From the human T2T-CHM13v2.0 reference genome, Homo sapiens, in the NCBI RefSeq assembly GCF_009914755.1, contig NC_060927.1: DNA of 64,000 bases. One strand, given 5' to 3'. Under the pieces are notes generated by a model. The model did not search any database, was not told the origin of the DNA, and saw nothing but the letters and a program-made list of their open reading frames with translations. Positions 13,838 through 30,375 of this stretch are shown in pieces; position 1 is the first letter of the stretch, and each line of letters opens with the position of its first letter. The position numbers were made by a program, and so were the translations under genes.

Positions 13838-14719
13838 GGTTAATAAATCAATTTTGCTATTTTTCTTATTCTTTTTCTTTTTTTTATGGCATATTATTCT
13901 TTACTATCAAATGGCAGATTTATGTGAAATTTGAAAATGTAAACTATGCAAGTATGTAATCATTATTGAGCTCTTGTAAAAACTAAAATTGCATCAAATT
14001 ATTGGATGAAAATAATTCTGATTAGTAAATTATCTTCTCTATTTTAGCATTCACTGTTCACTTAAGTGCTCCCGCAGTATTATGGAGGAAGAATCAGCTT
14101 GTAGAAAAAGAAACCTTATAAATTGAGAGAAGACTACTTATTAACAACAATAGATAGCAAACTGCAATGAGTCATAGCCTAAAAATTCTAAAAAGAAATT
14201 GAAATTAGACCCTTATATAAAACAAATCAATCAACCTAAAATAACAGAAAAGTAAATATGTTTTACTTTTAATACTATGAAATTTTAATATTATGAAACC
14301 TGTTAAATGAAAAAGTTTAAGCCCAAGAATGGTAGATGGAAATAAAAACAATGCACCAAAAAGAGAGAAAAATATTCAAAATAATATAGTAAAATAAAAG
14401 ACAAAATTAGTAGTCCATTTTGGTCAACCAAGAAAATATTTTTGTGATAAGAAAATAACAGTAATTCTGTATGTATTTAAATACTGTTTTTTAATTAAAA
14501 TGCTAGACAAACTACTTAGAATTTATGAAGGAGTTTTTCAAATAAAAGTTAAATATGTTATCTTATTTGGAACTAGCATAAACATATGAATAAATTTTGA
14601 CTCATTTAAAATATATACTACAAACTTAAGGCTAATAACTAAAATAACAGAAGTGTAAATTATAAAACATTTAATCCAGAATAAGAATTAAAGAAGTAAA
14701 AAGAGGAAGACTTTAGAGC

Positions 14720-15060
14720 AAATGGAAAATGCTATTAACCCAGTATTAAGGTAGGGCACAGAAAATGTATGCTATACATTCATTGCTGGTGGGAATGTAA
14801 ATTGATACAGGTATTTTAATGAGTAACTTAATATGTCTGATAGAATTTAAAATTCCCATGCCTTTTGATTCAGTAATTCCTAAATATATATGCTAGAGAA
14901 ACAGTTGTTCACATATATAAAGAGACATATAAAATAATGGGCCTAGGAAATAGTGATTATAATTCAATATGATTTAAACAATCTAAAATTCCATCTAAAT
15001 GAAATAGTTAAAATATTATCACATTCTTTCACACACACACACGGATTTTATTCAGCACTT
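14720..15060 (+). mobile_element. L1ME-like ORF2 C-terminal fragment
   Basis: ttcattgctggtgggaatgtaaattgatacag...ccttttgattcagtaattcc. Confidence 0.7.
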
Positions 15061-15936
15061 TACATAGTTTGCCCTTTCTTACTCTCTCTTATTATGCCTA
15101 TATACACAGCATAATGGATATATATATGTAGGCTCTCTCATTATCTGAAAAAAGCCACTAGTTATAGCACATGTATCTTACAGTGAATTTAAAACAAAAC
15201 TCAAATCTTAACTCATGTAGTTTAGGAAAATATTTAAATTTTGAGACATGGTCTCAATCCAGACGTTAGGAATTATGTCTGCCTATTATCATGGGCCATT
15301 AGAACAAAACTTGATATACGAAAATCCTCGGTGCTGAGATTACGTCAATATATCAATATTGAGATTATGTCAATACATCAATATTTGTTCCAATTGCTCC
15401 ATCATAATAGGAAGAAATAGTGCCTAATGACTGTATTGAGACCGTGTGTTAAAAGTTGAATATTTTCCTAAACTACATGAGTTAAGATTTGAGTTTTGTT
15501 TTAAATTCACTATAAGACACATGTGCTATATCTAGTGGCTTTTTTTTCAGATAATGAGAGAGTCTACATATATATCCATTATGCTATTTATATAAGGAAT
15601 ATAGAAAATATAAACCATAATTTTACGTTAGGATCATTGTATATGTTTATGTGTAAGTTAATTTTCTGGCCAGTTTTAGATATTTGAAAACAGTTTCATT
15701 TTTAATTCAATTTTTCTCTGAGTTCTATCCCAAGCAGCCATAATGTGTAAGGCAACGGGACAACAGACAGCATCCAGCAGGGATTCCTAAGAAAAGACAA
15801 AGCTGAAATGGGAGTCTGAATGACTTTTCTAGATCTACTTATTTAAAACTTAGGAGATCATAACATATTAAGGTAAAGTAACTTCTAAGCTTCTTTTTGA
15901 ATCCCACATGAGATATACAAAATAACCTGCACTTTA

Positions 15937-16016
15937 TTAGGTTGGTGCAAACATTATTGAGGTTTTTGCCATTGAAAGTAATGACAAAAACAGCAATTAC
16001 TTTTGCACCAATCTAA
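15937..16016. mobile_element. MADE1 (Hsmar1 mariner MITE), full-length 80 bp
   Basis: TIRs ttaggttggtgcaaa / ttttgcaccaatctaa with TA on both sides. Confidence 0.93.
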
Positions 16017-16689
16017 TAGATTTTTTAAAATTTATTTATCCAGAGTATACTCTACTGAATGTTTTTGTTTTAAGTGTATATATTTTTGTGTGAAATTGCA
16101 TCAAAATTTAAATGTGTTTTGTTCTGTGGTTGATTGTTGAAATACTTTATATCTCATGTAAACGAAGAAAGCAAACATGTATCCAAATGAATAAAAGTAA
16201 TTTGACCATTCTTCTACTAGAAAAAAATGTAATATAACATTTTTTAAATGTTTCTAGTTCTCATCAAGTACAAGTACAAGCGGATTTAGTAGCAGTATTT
16301 ATAAATGCAGCAACCTCAACTCTGAGGTTGTTTCAACTTCTTGCCTTAGAGCAGACAAAAAGAAAAAGGGACAGAGATAGAGAAAATAAGATTCTGTTGG
16401 CATTATCAAGAAGGAGGAAGGGAAAGTAGAAGGATAAAAAAGTTCGACACAGGTGGAGTCTTTCCTAACCTCTCACCCTCACTTTTATTTTTGCTACTTT
16501 TTTTTCCTTTCATTTTGTGTGTAAAAGTTTAAGGCAGCATCCATGTTTCCAAGAAACTTTTCCTCACACTTTTCATCAACCATCGTTATTTTAGATCAAA
16601 GTGAAATTCTATTAAGCCCCAGACAAACTATTTGAATCGGGTATAAAGTCAAGGCCTTCCCACTAATGTCTTCTACTCCTATCCATACT

Positions 16690-17145
16690 TTACTGTAAAA
16701 CACAAATCTAATTCTGTTGTCATCCTCCTTAAAAATCTTCTACTTCTTATTGTTTACAAATGAAATAAAAACCTCAGGGCATGTTATTCCAATTTCTTTA
16801 CAGTCTGTCTCTTTTTAACTTTCCCTGCTTCAGCCCTGGTGTTTCCTATGTACCCTAACTATATATTTTCTGTATTTCTTCTACTTGCAGAGGAATCTAC
16901 TATCGTGGAGTGTGTGTGTGTGTGCCCGTGTGTGTGTATATACATATATATGCATATATATATGAGTGTGTGTATGTATATATGTATGCATATTTACACA
17001 TTTTTATTGTCCATTATTCTCTGAGCAACTTAAGGCAGTGCCTTCTGAACATTGCCCAGAATTGGCAAAGTGTAGGGGAACTTAAATATTTGTTAAAGGA
17101 TTACTTTTAAATGATTATGAATGAGTGAATGGATGAATAAATGAC
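16690..17145 (+). mobile_element. L2 3' fragments with an internal (TG)n/(TA)n microsatellite
   Basis: caaatctaattctgttgtcatcctccttaaaaatcttc and aaatatttgttaaagg...tgaatgagtgaatggatgaata. STR at 16908-16995. Confidence 0.6.
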
Positions 17146-17776
17146 ACCCACCACTTCATATATTCAGGCCTACAGAGACCATATTTTTCATTATTTTCTA
17201 AAAATATTCTTTAAAATATAATGATAGATCTTATCAATGCCATTATCTCATAAATTGGTAAAACTATGTACAAAGCAATATGACATACTCAAGAATAGCC
17301 ATAAAATTATGCAAACTTTCTGGCCCAAAAGTGTGACTGCTAGAATTTATTACAATACTCCTCTTAAACTATAAAAAAGTAGGGAGAAATGGATACTGAA
17401 ATATTAGACACTTAGGTTAACCACAAACATTAGAAAGATTTTCTTCTCTAAGAGATATAGGAAAATCCTAGGTGCTGAGATTATGTCAATACATCAATAT
17501 TTAGAATTCAGAGAAAAATTGAATTAAAAATGAAATGTTTTCATCTATCTAAAACTGGCTAGCAAAATAAACTTAAGCATATACAATGATCCTACTGTAA
17601 AATTATGGTTTACATTTCCTATATTCCTGAGCAATACTGATGATGAAAGTTTATTTTAAAAAATTCTGAAAAATATGAACCACACAGAAGTAATCACTAA
17701 AATGCATTTGTGTCTATTTATTGTCTATTGCAACACTCAGCTCTGCCTTCATAGCCTGATATCAGCCAAAAGAAGG

Positions 17777-18092
17777 TTTTTGTTTGTTTGTTTTTTGAGA
17801 CAGGGTCTAGCTCTGTCACCCAGGCTGGAATGCAGTGGTGCGACCTTGGCTCACTGCAACCTCCGTCTCCTTGGTTCAAGCGACTTTGGTGCCTCAGACT
17901 CCCAGCAGCTGGAATCACAGGCCTGCACCACCATTCCCAGCAGTTTTTTTGTTTTGTTTTGTTGATATTTTCAGTAGTGATGGGGTTTCCCCATGTTGGC
18001 CAAGCTGGTCTGAAACTCCTGAGCTCAGGTGATCTGCCCGCCTTGGCCTCCCAAAGTGCTGGGATTACAGGTGTTAGCCACCACAGCCAGCC
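17777..18092 (-). mobile_element. Alu SINE (Jb/Sx-like)
   Basis: Antisense full dimer with a GTTT-expanded linker. Confidence 0.93.
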
Positions 18093-18384
18093 AAGTATTG
18101 GTTTAAATGTAGCTGTGTTTCAATAAAACTTTATTTACAGAGGAATTTTTTCTTTTACCTTAGAGAAGATTTATTTTTCTATACATTTGAAAAGAATTTT
18201 TTTAAGCAAAGTGCCCCAGGCAAATAACCGTTCTCATCTTGAAGAGGGAGCCAAGAGGCTTCCTCAGAAATTCTTTGGGCAAGTGGGGTCAGCTGGTTTC
18301 CAAGGCCCTTAGGGCAGCCTGATTCTCTGTCAGTGTTCATAAAACTTCCTAGAACATTAGCTCCTTAAAGGACCTCCAATACCG

Positions 18385-18492
18385 AAACTATCTCATTTAA
18401 CAGACGGAAAAAGTGATGCTCACGCCAGAGAAGAGTCAGCCCAAGGTCATCTAGGATCAGTGGCACACCTAGGATTCAGGCCCAAGGACCCC
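18385..18492 (-). mobile_element. MIR core fragment
   Basis: catttaacagacggaaaaagtgatgctc...cccaaggtcatctaggatcagtggcacacctaggattcagg. Confidence 0.65.
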
Positions 18493-18693
18493 CAGCTGAC
18501 CTGCCTTCCCTGGAACCTCACTGTGAGTTCTTTAACCATGGCTGTGTTTTCAAAGTTGAACTGGGGCTGCTGTTGATACCACCTTTAAATGCCTGCTTTT
18601 GTCATGGAGACCATGAGAACTTCACTCTTCAGCTGGCAATTTACCTGGCTGCACAGTGCTCAGGCACACACAGGCTTCAGGGCTACAAGGTAA

Positions 18694-19149
<456 letters not shown>

Positions 19150-19470
19150 AAATATGTCTTTTTAAAAAAATAATAATAATGACTTTTAAATACAAGTGAC
19201 CTGAGTATGCAAAGTATTTCTAGACTCAGGGTTCTTAAAGTGAGGAAAAATTAGCAAAAGCATTATTTGACAGCCCCTAGAATAGGCCAAATATGAAATA
19301 ACTAACAAATTGCAGATAGTAGTGTGCTCTACAAAGAAAAAGAGAGCAAGACAATGGATTACAGAAAAGATGAAGTTTATTTTAGATGGAGTATTAAGTG
19401 ACAGATTCTATGAGGAGGTGAAAATTGACCAGACAACTGAAAGAAGTAAAACAGCCATACTAGTATCTCA

Positions 19471-19825
<355 letters not shown>

Positions 19826-21078
19826 GGGGGGGGTGGGTGGGGAGGAGGGTTTGGCATGTTTAATGGAAAAGGTCTGTGTGTGACCAGAATAGATGGAATG
19901 CAGAGAAGCAAAATATAGATTTTAATTTCCATGGTTCTTTACTGAAGAGTGTTTCTTATTTAAGTAACAACGCTATGATTAAATTGATTGTGAAAGAATT
20001 ACAAATCTAGAATTTATTGCATGATCAGATAGGAGAACAGATTTGATTTGCTAACTCTGTATAATATACTACAGTGTAAGCCACCCTCTATTACTTTAGC
20101 AAAAGATGTTTTTTTCATTTTCCTGCAAGTATATTTTTTCTCTAAAACCTTAATTAGCATTTTTTAATATTGCTGAAAGATGGGGATATAAGTTCCATTT
20201 ATTTCTTGAAACTGAATATAATTATCAAATATTGAAAAATAATAATGGGCATCATTATAATTACTGTTAAGTAGTTTTCCTGTGTAGAGAGAATTATAAA
20301 AATATCCTTCATTATCTTTCATGGATAAATGATGTTTTTCTCATGAGCCAGAGAAAAATTATCACAATGTCTGCCCAGGTGTTTCTGTTATGCTTACAGA
20401 AGTGAGTAGTGCTATTTGCAGACACTGTACTTTCTCTCTTTTTCATATGAGTACATTAATCAATTGTGGAGTTGTGGCATCTGCTGTAAAACAATTTGTT
20501 TTTCCATTATTTGATGGCTACACTTTTTCTTTTAGTTTTTTTCTCTTCTTATTGAATCACATTTTCTTTCCTCTTCTTTTAAAAATATTGCTGTATTGAT
20601 TTACAAAAAATATATATTTTATTGCCTCATTTTAATTTTTGGTAATCCATGTACTGCTTTATTAAGGCCTATATAACTCATAATCCAACTCATCGATTAA
20701 AAGTTCAGGAAACCAAAGAGATGGCTTTTTCTCCAATTGAAGATATCATAATGATAATTTTGGGGGCTGGTGAAAACTGAGATTGTCAGAAGGCTAATTT
20801 TTTCTTAGATGTCATTTTTGTTGGTCACAAACTAGAGATGAAGCTCTCTACAGGCAAGTATAGAACCATCTCTCTGTGCAACAATTTGTATTTTCAGACC
20901 ACTTTTAGTCTTTGGGGGTAGATACAATTACTTAGAAAAATCTTCAATGTCTCTTTGGAAAACAGTTGATCTCGAACTCAGTTCTAAAGCTGAGTCAGCA
21001 TCACAGGATTTCAGATTCTTGAATGTTATTTTTGTTGTCTTTCTCTTACTAAATTGTTATCACTGAATATTTCTCCTT

Positions 21079-21584
21079 TGTTTTACTCCATTTGGACTGC
21101 TATAACAAAATACCATAGACTGAGTAGCTTATAATACAGAATTCACATCTCACAGTTCTGAGGCTGGGAAGTTCAGCATCAAGGTGCCAGCAGGTTCAGT
21201 GTCTTGTGAGGGCCTGTTTTCGGTTTCATGGAGGGCCCCTTCTCACTGCATCTTTACGTGGTACAAGTGGCAAGTCAGCTCTCTGGGGCCTCTTTTATAA
21301 GAACACTTATAGGAATATTGAATTAGTGAACGAGCTCTGTTCTCGTGAATTAATCATCTCCCAAAAGGCCCTATCTCCTAACCCATTTATGCTGGAGGTT
21401 GCAATTTTTGTGTGTGAAAAATCAGACCTTGGCAATGACCTTGAGCAGTAGGATATAAATAACTCCCACAAGCTTAGCATTCCAATAAGGGAACACTAGG
21501 CATAAATGGGCTTAATACCCTCATCTTAGGGGAAAGGATTTCAATATGTGAATTTTGTGAAACACAAACATTCAGACGGCAGCA
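21079..21584 (-). mobile_element. MaLR LTR (MLT1A/MSTD-like), split by MER85
   Basis: ctgctataacaaaataccatagactgagtagctt...aacacaaacattcagacggcagca. Confidence 0.88.
21382..21510. mobile_element. MER85 piggyBac (PGBD3-derived) MITE
   Basis: TIRs cccatttatgc / gcataaatggg. Internal tcagaccttggcaatgaccttgagcagtaggatataaataactcccaca matches MER85. Confidence 0.93.
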
Positions 21585-23399
21585 TCTTTGCTTTCTTAAA
21601 AAGTTAAATGAAACAAGTTCCCAAATTTAAACAAGCAGAAATATGTATACAGATAAGGGTAGAGGAATAGTTTAAAATTATTTTAATTAGATATTTGAAG
21701 TCCTCAGTACGCTACATTTATAAAAAAGAAATGGTATATGTGACAGGGAGCAAAATAAAACCCTGTGTCATAAAAAGAATCCACTATCAATTATTTAAAA
21801 AGATCTTAGCAAGGAAATATCAGCTTCGATATTACAAACTTTTCAGATGTGAAAAATGATTTATTTTCAAATATAGTTCAAATGAAGTTTTGCCTTAACA
21901 AAATGGCTTTTCTAAAGGCCACCTTTAGATCAAAATACTTAATCTAACTTGTGCCACTTCTTGGTAACCCTTGGTAACCCCTAAATTGTTTTCTCTATTT
22001 TCTCCAACTACTCTACTAAAAAGTTTCTTCCTATTTCTCCACATGGCTTCAAAAAAGGGAACATAAAAGAGAAATACCAGTCAGTGATAATCATGTGGAA
22101 AAAAATAATAATGTGAAGCAATTTTTGTTTGTTTGTTTGTTTGTTTGTTTTCTCTCGAGGTCATGATCTGGTACTTTTTTACAGCAAACTCATACTTAAC
22201 AAATTTTAAAGATTTTTTAAAGAATGAACTAATGAATTGGGTTAGGTAAGTTTATCTTAACCATTCTTATGTCCTTTAATTTTCTGCACTTTGCTAGTAT
22301 TTTACTTTTAGAATCCGTAGTCAGCTTGAATCATATTAATTTTCTGACAACTGAATAAAAAATATTTCAATATTTCATGCATCTTGTTTATTTGTTTGTT
22401 TTGGTAGTTTTTTTTAAGAAAGTGAAAGTAGTTTAATTTAGAGAGAAGCCATGGAAACCGGGAAACAAAAATGAGATTGTGATTGGGAAGGAAGGGATCG
22501 TCATCAATAAAATTGCTTTACTAAGCAAGTTATTGCTGGAGGTGACAAAACTTTGATCCCACTAGAGCCTTTAAAAGCCAGTATCGAACACACTGTTCAG
22601 TAATGCCACTCAAATGAGCAGTGCATTTATTTATTCATTCTTTATCAGTCATTTGGTTGGTAGTATGTTATTAATTCCACAGTAATTCTGACTTGCCACT
22701 TGCATGGACAAATTGGGTTCCAGCTGCCAGAAAAATCCTTCAGGCAAAGGATGCAGCTGCCACCAGTTGGAATTCTAGGGGATACTTGGTCTTTATAATT
22801 TCTGAGTACATAAGCATCTACTATATGTGCTTAATACAAATGAATGCCATTTTAATGTACCTTAAAATTTCTAAGCAAATACATGAAAAGCAATGTCTAA
22901 TTTCTTGCTTATTTTCAAGGTATACAGATAACTCTGTTATATTCAGAAAGAGCAGGGACCTGAAAAAAAAAATCTGTGTTAAAGTCTCATATGAACTAAA
23001 AAGAAAAAGTAATTTATTCTTCTGCTACTTCTCTTTTCAGTAAGGGTGGTTGCCTTGTCTTGCTCATTGCAAGAATGAAAGCTGTATAAGTTGAATGAAA
23101 ATATAAATATGACTTTGAAGGTGGGTAAGTCTTACCTTCCCTTCTAGCAGTCTCTGAAGTTGCTTGAACAATGGCTTATTTTATTATTAGTTGGGACTCT
23201 TTGGTTGCAAGTAATGGAAGTATACTTGAACTAGATTAGCAAAAATGTAAGGCTTGTTATAACATTGCACAAGCACAGAACTCGCTGCTGGCTGGTAAGA
23301 TATAGGACTACTGCATTATGGGGATTTTTGAATTCTAATCTACTAGAGGGACCATTGTTTTAAAAGTTCTTTAGAAGTTATTCTTGGAACTACTATTTA

Positions 23400-23725
23400 T
23401 ACACGAAAGAATGTGGATGGATCTCAAAAGCATTATGGCAAAAGACAGAAACAAAAGGCTACATATTGTTTCATTCCATTCACCTAACATTTTAAAAAGC
23501 ACAAAACTATAGCAGTAAAAATGAATCAGTGGTCCCCAGAGACTAGGGGTAAAGGAGCAACTATAAAAAGGAGACTTTTGGGATAATGGAACTATTTTAA
23601 ATATTGACTATGGTTGTGGTCACAAGACTGCAAAACTGTATACAGTTATTAATATTTATAGAACAATACACTTCAAAATGGGGGATTTTATTGAATGCAA
23701 ATTATACCTCAATAAACCTGATTGC
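23400..23725 (+). mobile_element. L1ME/L1MC 3'UTR fragment
   Basis: ggatggatctcaaaagcattatg...tgcaaattatacctcaataaa. Confidence 0.78.
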
Positions 23726-26064
23726 TTTTTAAAATATATATATATATATAAATATGAAATAGATTATTTTTAGTAAGTGACTAGAAAAAGGGCAAGCAAA
23801 ATAATCGGTAACTTAGTAGGCAGCAAATTATTGTTCATTTATTTAACTCAGGTTTTAGAAAGTCCATTGTGAAGCTAGTAAAAGATTGTGATTTGAATTA
23901 TTTCTCAAATTATAGATGATTTTTAATGAAGACAACAGATATACCTAATAAATTATTTTTAATTGATCCATGGATACTATCTTATCTTTATTCACACTTA
24001 GATATAAGAAAACACTAAAGATAGACTTAGCATGTTTCTAAAATTAATTTCTCTAATTTGCAACACAGCACATAATAGTCATGATAATTAAGCCAACTGA
24101 TATCATAATTTATGATTACTTCTTGTCAGAAACTGTGATATTATTTCCATTGAGTAGGAAGTGGGGAGTGGGGCAATTAAACTTAGTGCTAGAATTATTC
24201 TCCTTTTAAGCATAATTCATCAAAATCAAGAGTGAGCTTCAAAATGACCAGTAATAAAAGTAGGAAGAGAGATGATTTTCTATAAAGTGCAATTTATGGA
24301 TTCTGGATTCACAGAGAAAATAAACACATAGTGAATTAGGTAAAAATAAAAGAGGTAAAATATCCTGCATGTATTCTATTAACAAGATCAAAAGAAAACA
24401 AAATTTACATTACCGTAGAGATCTTTATAGCACCCCGTTTGTTAAATTGATATTGTTGTGTTAAAAAATTGACACAGACATATTAATGGCTACAAAGAAA
24501 GAAATAAAGAACTCCTTCTCACTTTTAAATAGATTCTGGATTCTAGAGGATAGTCCACACTTTCTTGTGCAATTGTTTAAATGTTGAAATTGCTGACATT
24601 AAGTGTGTATGCATTTACATGTTGAAATGCCACACAAAGGGTTTATTAATTTACTCTTTTTATAAGCAATGTAAGTCCTTGGTCTCTACAGTCTTATCAA
24701 TATCAAGTATTTTGTACATTACTGATTTTGCCAATTTAGTATATGAAGAAAAAGCCCACAATATAATCTTTATTTTGTTCAGTGGTAAGCAAAGTTAAAC
24801 ATATGTTTTTTAAAAGTCCCATTTTGCGTCTTGATTTCAAATCATCTGGTCATATTCCCAAATATTTATATGTTGCATTCTTTGATTTTTATTCATTTAT
24901 GGAAAAGTTTCGGGGATAAAGAAGGATTAGTATTTTCTGTGTTCCACATGGCTGTTCTAGACCATTGAAACTCCTGTCCACATAGTGTCTTATTTTTTTT
25001 AATAGTTTCACATAGAAAGTATGTTAATATACATGATCTTTTAATTATTTCCACATAAAAGGTATTTAGAATTTATCATTATTATCATCATTTCAACTTT
25101 AGACTTAAATAAACTGAACCTCAAAGTGGTCAATGACTTGACCGAGTCCCAAGTAGAAATGAAGCTGATTTTCTGGCTTCTTTCGTATTTTTTCAAACTA
25201 CATATATTCATTACATTTATTTTACTAACAAAGTATTGCTTTATCCTTTCTTATGAACCAGCATTTTTATTGTTTTTTTAATTAAATTTATTCTTATTAA
25301 TAAAAAAACAAGTCAATTCCTTGGAAATTTTTGCCGAAACCTGTTTTACATTTCAATATCTCCATAATTGGCCATAGGCTTTAATGACATTGAACTCCTT
25401 CTTTCTCTGTTGCTTCAGGCTTGTCCATAGAAGTAAATATTCGCATGATTTTAACTTTCCAAACTGGCCCGAAATAATTTGTCTTAACTATTGTCAAATT
25501 ATTACCCACTTTGTAAAGCTGTGTTCAGTTTCTTCTCCTCAATGAAAACGTTCATGGTCATATAAAAATATGATTACAATTTTTCTCACTCTCTGAGTTA
25601 CCTTGTATTTTATAATATTTTCATGTAAGAAAATGAGCTGTCCATTTTAAATGTCCATCATAATTCTTCAAATAATGTTTATAAAATTATACTCACTGGC
25701 TAGTAATATGCAGTTTGGCAACAGAATGAGACTATATACAAATTAATAAAGTCAGTTGTTGGTCACAGTTAACAATAATTTTTCATAAGCTTGGAGTTGA
25801 GGAAATTCAAAGGCACTCAGTATTTTTTTAAATTAAGAATTGCAAGAAGAAAGAGACAGAAAATGAGTATGTTATTCAAAATGAAAAGATCAATGCAATC
25901 ATCCAAACCCAGTTAAGACTGTGTAACAGTGCAAAACAAGGTGTTTCTAATATTTCTAGAATATCACTGTCTTTCCCTTATAGTAGGCTCAAGATTTCTT
26001 TAAATGACGTAGGGAAAGTAACTTTCCATCGGCAAGACAGAAAATAGCTATTGGGAGATTAGGG

Positions 26065-26292
26065 TAGGAGACGGAAGGAAAGCAAAGGGAAGGGAAGGGG
26101 AGGGGAGGGGAGGGAAGGGGAGGGGAAGGAGAATGGCAGGAAAGAACAAGAAAAGGAGGGAGAAAGAACTAAGAAAGGAAGAGAGGAAGGGAGGGGAGGA
26201 GAGAGAGAGGAAAAGAGGATGAAAAATGAGAGGTGGAATAACAGCTAGACAGGAAAGGAGAATGAGAAAAGTAAGACGCAAACAGGGAGAGC
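26065..26292. repeat. Polypurine (GGGAA/GGGGA/GA-rich) tract
   Basis: About 230 bp of almost pure A/G, read directly. Confidence 0.9.
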
Positions 26293-28157
26293 AAAAATTA
26301 AAGTAACCTAGATGTGGCAGTCAAGAGATTGTGAAAGATGTGTATACAAAAGAGGGGCCATACCACAGCAGTAACTTGACCACAGCAGTAACTCAATGCA
26401 TGATTTGTGTTCCTGTATCTTTTAATGGCACAAGTCCTGGGACCTTTGATGAGGCTCTGTCTAATCATAGAAGGACTCTGCCACCAGAATAACCTAGTTT
26501 GCATAAACTTTCCTCGTGTTTTCTTTCACTCCGCTATCCAGACTGTAGGGTGTGCCTTACATTATTTAGCTGAATTGTCAACAGGTGTACTGAGTAAACT
26601 GTTTGATTTATAAATATCTCTGTATCTAATCATGTATCAATTTCTCAAATTATGGTGTTTCACATATTGGTTTCTCTAAAGATTATTTCATTTCACAATT
26701 TGAGGCAGTTTTGTGAAAAGAAACATATACATATATTTTAATTTCTGCCTGAAATATACAACATTGAATTTCATTCAAATATTTAATGCCTTCACAAATA
26801 AAACGTAGCTAGTGTTTCATGTTGCTGTTTAGAAGTTTATTGAAATATGGCAGATAAAATGCTATAGAGATATTATTATGTTTAATAATTCAGTAGTTGC
26901 TTCAAATATGCTATAAAGTGTTGGAATATGGCCAGTTAACTTTAAAATATAGAATAATAAAATAATTGGATTTAAAATTGCTTCATATTATTTTTGTTTA
27001 ATAAAAAGACAATCCATGTCTTAGGTGTACCCTTTTAAATCCTATCTACTTTCTGATTCTTAGGATTCTTAAAAAGAATATTGTAATGACTGAACAGAAA
27101 TATTATATCTGATTTTGTACTAGAAAATTGAAGCAGCATGGGATCATGGCTAAGTAAGAGCTTTATAGCAGTAGCAAATAGTTACATGATTACTGAAGTA
27201 TAGCTGTCACTGGAAATAGAAAGCTGCAAGGAACCTATCATAAAAGTAGCAATTTCAGTTTCACTAGTGTTTAAAATTAAAGCCTAGTAATTCATTGTGG
27301 ATGTATTTCCTCAATGGTTTCAGGAAAGTATCCTGCTTTCACTGAGCATTTTCACTTTGTTCCTTATGTGTTTCCTTTCATAATGAAAAAGTTGTAATTT
27401 CAGATTGGTAAAACAATTGTTAGGACTTTGTGAACAAACACTCAAAAAGTTTTGTGTCATGAAATAATGATTAGTCAATTGTATTTATTGTTATAACACA
27501 CTATGTTAAAAATTCACTGCCAGATGATCCACATTATGTTAGGTAAACCAATTTAATCAACAGTTTCCTCTTTTGACATATAATTAGCTGATGGATGAAT
27601 TTAGAGGTGTAAAAAACCTTCAAATAAAAGCGTTTATGGAAAAAAATAATGGCTGTTTATGGAGTTTTGCATACATGTGTTACTGTCTTAAGAAGCTGAA
27701 ATGAGATTTAAGAAATTGAACAATATTTAAAGAAAAAGATAACTTTTTTTTTTTTTTTTTTTTTTTTTTACAATTTGGTTTACCGTGAAAAGCATTTGGA
27801 CAGATGTATCTATTGACATGTAATATTGCTGAGGGACATTGACAAACGTAGTCTCTAAAAAATTTAGGGGAGTTTATAAAAATAACCACAGTTTGAGATA
27901 AATTAAAGTAAACATAGAAGATACTGAACACAAACAGTAATAAATAATTATATTGAAAAGGTTTCGGAGAAAAGATAATCAGTTTGGTAATGAATAACAT
28001 TTTTCTCATATAATATTTTAAGTACTAGAGGAATATGGTTCAATGATAACTTGTATGTAAGGCACTTTTCTTGACAATACTGAATACAAAAACATAATTA
28101 CCACATAATATAGACATTCTTTTATTAAATATTTTTTAAGAATTTATTTTTAAAGTA

Positions 28158-30375
<2,218 letters not shown>

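Noticed and set aside
27744-27769. T26 run as a possible retrocopy tail
   Set aside because: No TSD or recognisable mRNA or SINE body adjacent.
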